Origin: Gemmatimonadota bacterium
GTDB lineage: Bacteria > Gemmatimonadota > Gemmatimonadetes > Gemmatimonadales > GWC2-71-9
NCBI GenBank assembly: GCA_039586365.1
Contig: JBDHKN010000123.1
Location: 1-16,628, forward strand
DNA: 16,628 nt
Direction: 5' to 3'
Below the pieces are notes generated by a model. The model was not told where the DNA came from, searched no databases, and saw nothing but the letters and a program-made list of their open reading frames with translations. The position numbers and the translations under genes are program-made. Position 1 is the first letter of the stretch. Every line of letters starts with the position of its first letter. This document shows positions 15,377-16,628 of the stretch, piece by piece.

Positions 15377-16325
15377 CCCGTCCCTCCTTGAGGAAGTTCT
15401 GTATCTGTTCATTGATCAAGGCGTACGGACATGCATCGCGCCTGTAAAGGGTGTCTACCCAATCCGGAAGCTGTTTGGAGACCTCGATGCGAACGTCCAT
15501 CAGCTGGTGAATTTTACGATTCAACACTCCCATCAGCTCCCTCTCCAGGCGGTACCGACGTTTCTGTTCCAGCTTGCCGGAGCTTGCGATCTCCTGCCGG
15601 AGGCGAGTGATTGCCTCCCGTAGCAACCCAATCCCCTCGTCGTTTGCGGCGCTGGTCATGACAATCGGGTTGGTCACGGTATCGTCTCCGGGATTCTTGA
15701 AGCTCAACACGTACTCCACTTCATTCCGCAGCTTATCCGCCCCAGGCATATCTTTCTTGTTGATGATGAAGATATCTCCTATTTCCATCACTCCGGCCTT
15801 CATCGCCTGAATTTCGTCGCCCGCGCCCGGCATAAGGACCAGAAGTACGATATCGGAGAGTTCTACGATCTTTATTTCGGTCTGTCCGACGCCGATCGTC
15901 TCGATGAAGATCGTGTCGTACCCTGCGGCGTCCAAGACTTTAAGAACGTCTCCCGTCGCGGCGGCTACGCCGCCGAGAAATCCTCGGGAGGCCATGGAGC
16001 GGATGAACACTCCAGGGTCGGTGGCGTGCTCTTGCATGCGCAGACGGTCTCCCAGGATAGCTCCCCCGGAAAAGGGCGAGCTGGGGTCTATGGCGATCAC
16101 AGCTACCTTGTGCCCGGATTGACGTTCCAGGGTGATCAGCCTGTCGACCAGGGTGCTTTTGCCGGCGCCGGGACTTCCCGTAACTCCCAGGATCACGGCA
16201 CGGCCCGTGTCCGGGAACAGGGAGTCCGCTAAAGGCTCTGCCTCCGGCTCGAGGTCTTCAATCAGCGAGATAGCCCGGGCAATAGCCCGTACATTCCCGC
16301 GGCGGATGTTATCGGCCAGATCCAT
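15360..16325 (-). CDS. meaB: MeaB/ArgK GTPase, a methylmalonyl-CoA mutase chaperone (321 aa)
   Basis: [65 protein letters not shown] and INKKD. Confidence 0.95.
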   Translation of the reverse strand: MDLADNIRRGNVRAIARAISLIEDLEPEAEPLADSLFPDTGRAVILGVTGSPGAGKSTLVDRLITLERQSGHKVAVIAIDPSSPFSGGAILGDRLRMQEHATDPGVFIRSMASRGFLGGVAAATGDVLKVLDAAGYDTIFIETIGVGQTEIKIVELSDIVLLVLMPGAGDEIQAMKAGVMEIGDIFIINKKDMPGADKLRNEVEYVLSFKNPGDDTVTNPIVMTSAANDEGIGLLREAITRLRQEIASSGKLEQKRRYRLERELMGVLNRKIHQLMDVRIEVSKQLPDWVDTLYRRDACPYALINEQIQNFLKEGRDDRTN

Positions 16326-16628
16326 GCTCGATGAACTCGACGATCTGTTCTGTGCTCGTGCCCGGACCGAAAACAGCCAGCACCCCTTTCTCTTTGAGCA
16401 AGGGAATATCTTCTTCCGGAATGATACCTCCTCCGATGACCTTTATGTCTTCCGCACCGTTTTCCTTGAGAAGATCCACTACCCGCGGAAACAGTTCGTT
16501 ATGGGCTCCGGAGAGTAGACTCAAACCCACGAAATCCACGTCTTCCTGGATTGCGGTCTGTACTATGGCTTCCGGGCTCTGGCGGATCCCGGTGTAGATG
16601 ACCTCGTAACCCTCGTCCCGGAGCGCCC
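16309..16628 (-). CDS. Cobalamin-binding domain or subunit of methylmalonyl-CoA (acyl-CoA) mutase; 5'-truncated by the window edge
   Basis: The frame is open to the window edge and reads [42 protein letters not shown]...[21 protein letters not shown]. It overlaps the meaB start by 17 nt. Confidence 0.92.
   Translation of the reverse strand, partial: ALRDEGYEVIYTGIRQSPEAIVQTAIQEDVDFVGLSLLSGAHNELFPRVVDLLKENGAEDIKVIGGGIIPEEDIPLLKEKGVLAVFGPGTSTEQIVEFIEHGSGR

Noticed and set aside
1..16628. CRISPR arrays, IS elements, tRNA/rRNA, defence or phage genes
   Set aside because: I saw no spaced repeat arrays, terminal inverted repeats, transposase, integrase or nuclease motifs, or structured-RNA signatures. 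All intergenic gaps are about 130 bp or less.

Overview
A GC-rich, densely coding bacterial chromosomal segment with no rRNA, tRNA, CRISPR array or mobile element that I can see. Plus strand, 1-5423: the end of gcvPA, then gcvPB, then a gcvT-glyA gene fusion (aminomethyltransferase plus an archaeal-type serine hydroxymethyltransferase, SHMT) broken by a 4-bp GAAG duplication at 2852-2859, then a SAM methyltransferase. Minus strand, 5526-9894: a Yip1-like membrane protein, then a three-gene signalling operon made of a 7TM-PAS histidine kinase with a degenerate ATP-binding domain, a degenerate-GGDEF/REC/HD-GYP protein and a single-domain response regulator. Plus strand, 10024-11951: a sugar isomerase/epimerase carrying an 18-bp tandem duplication and an M19 dipeptidase. 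Minus strand, 11987-end: a B12-binding acyl-CoA mutase domain, meaB, methylmalonyl-CoA epimerase, a membrane diguanylate cyclase and an ABC exporter. The most notable items are the GcvT-SHMT fusion (with its frameshift and a possible internal start at the domain boundary) and the signalling module built from two apparent pseudoenzyme domains. All calls come from motif recognition by eye; no database searches were run.
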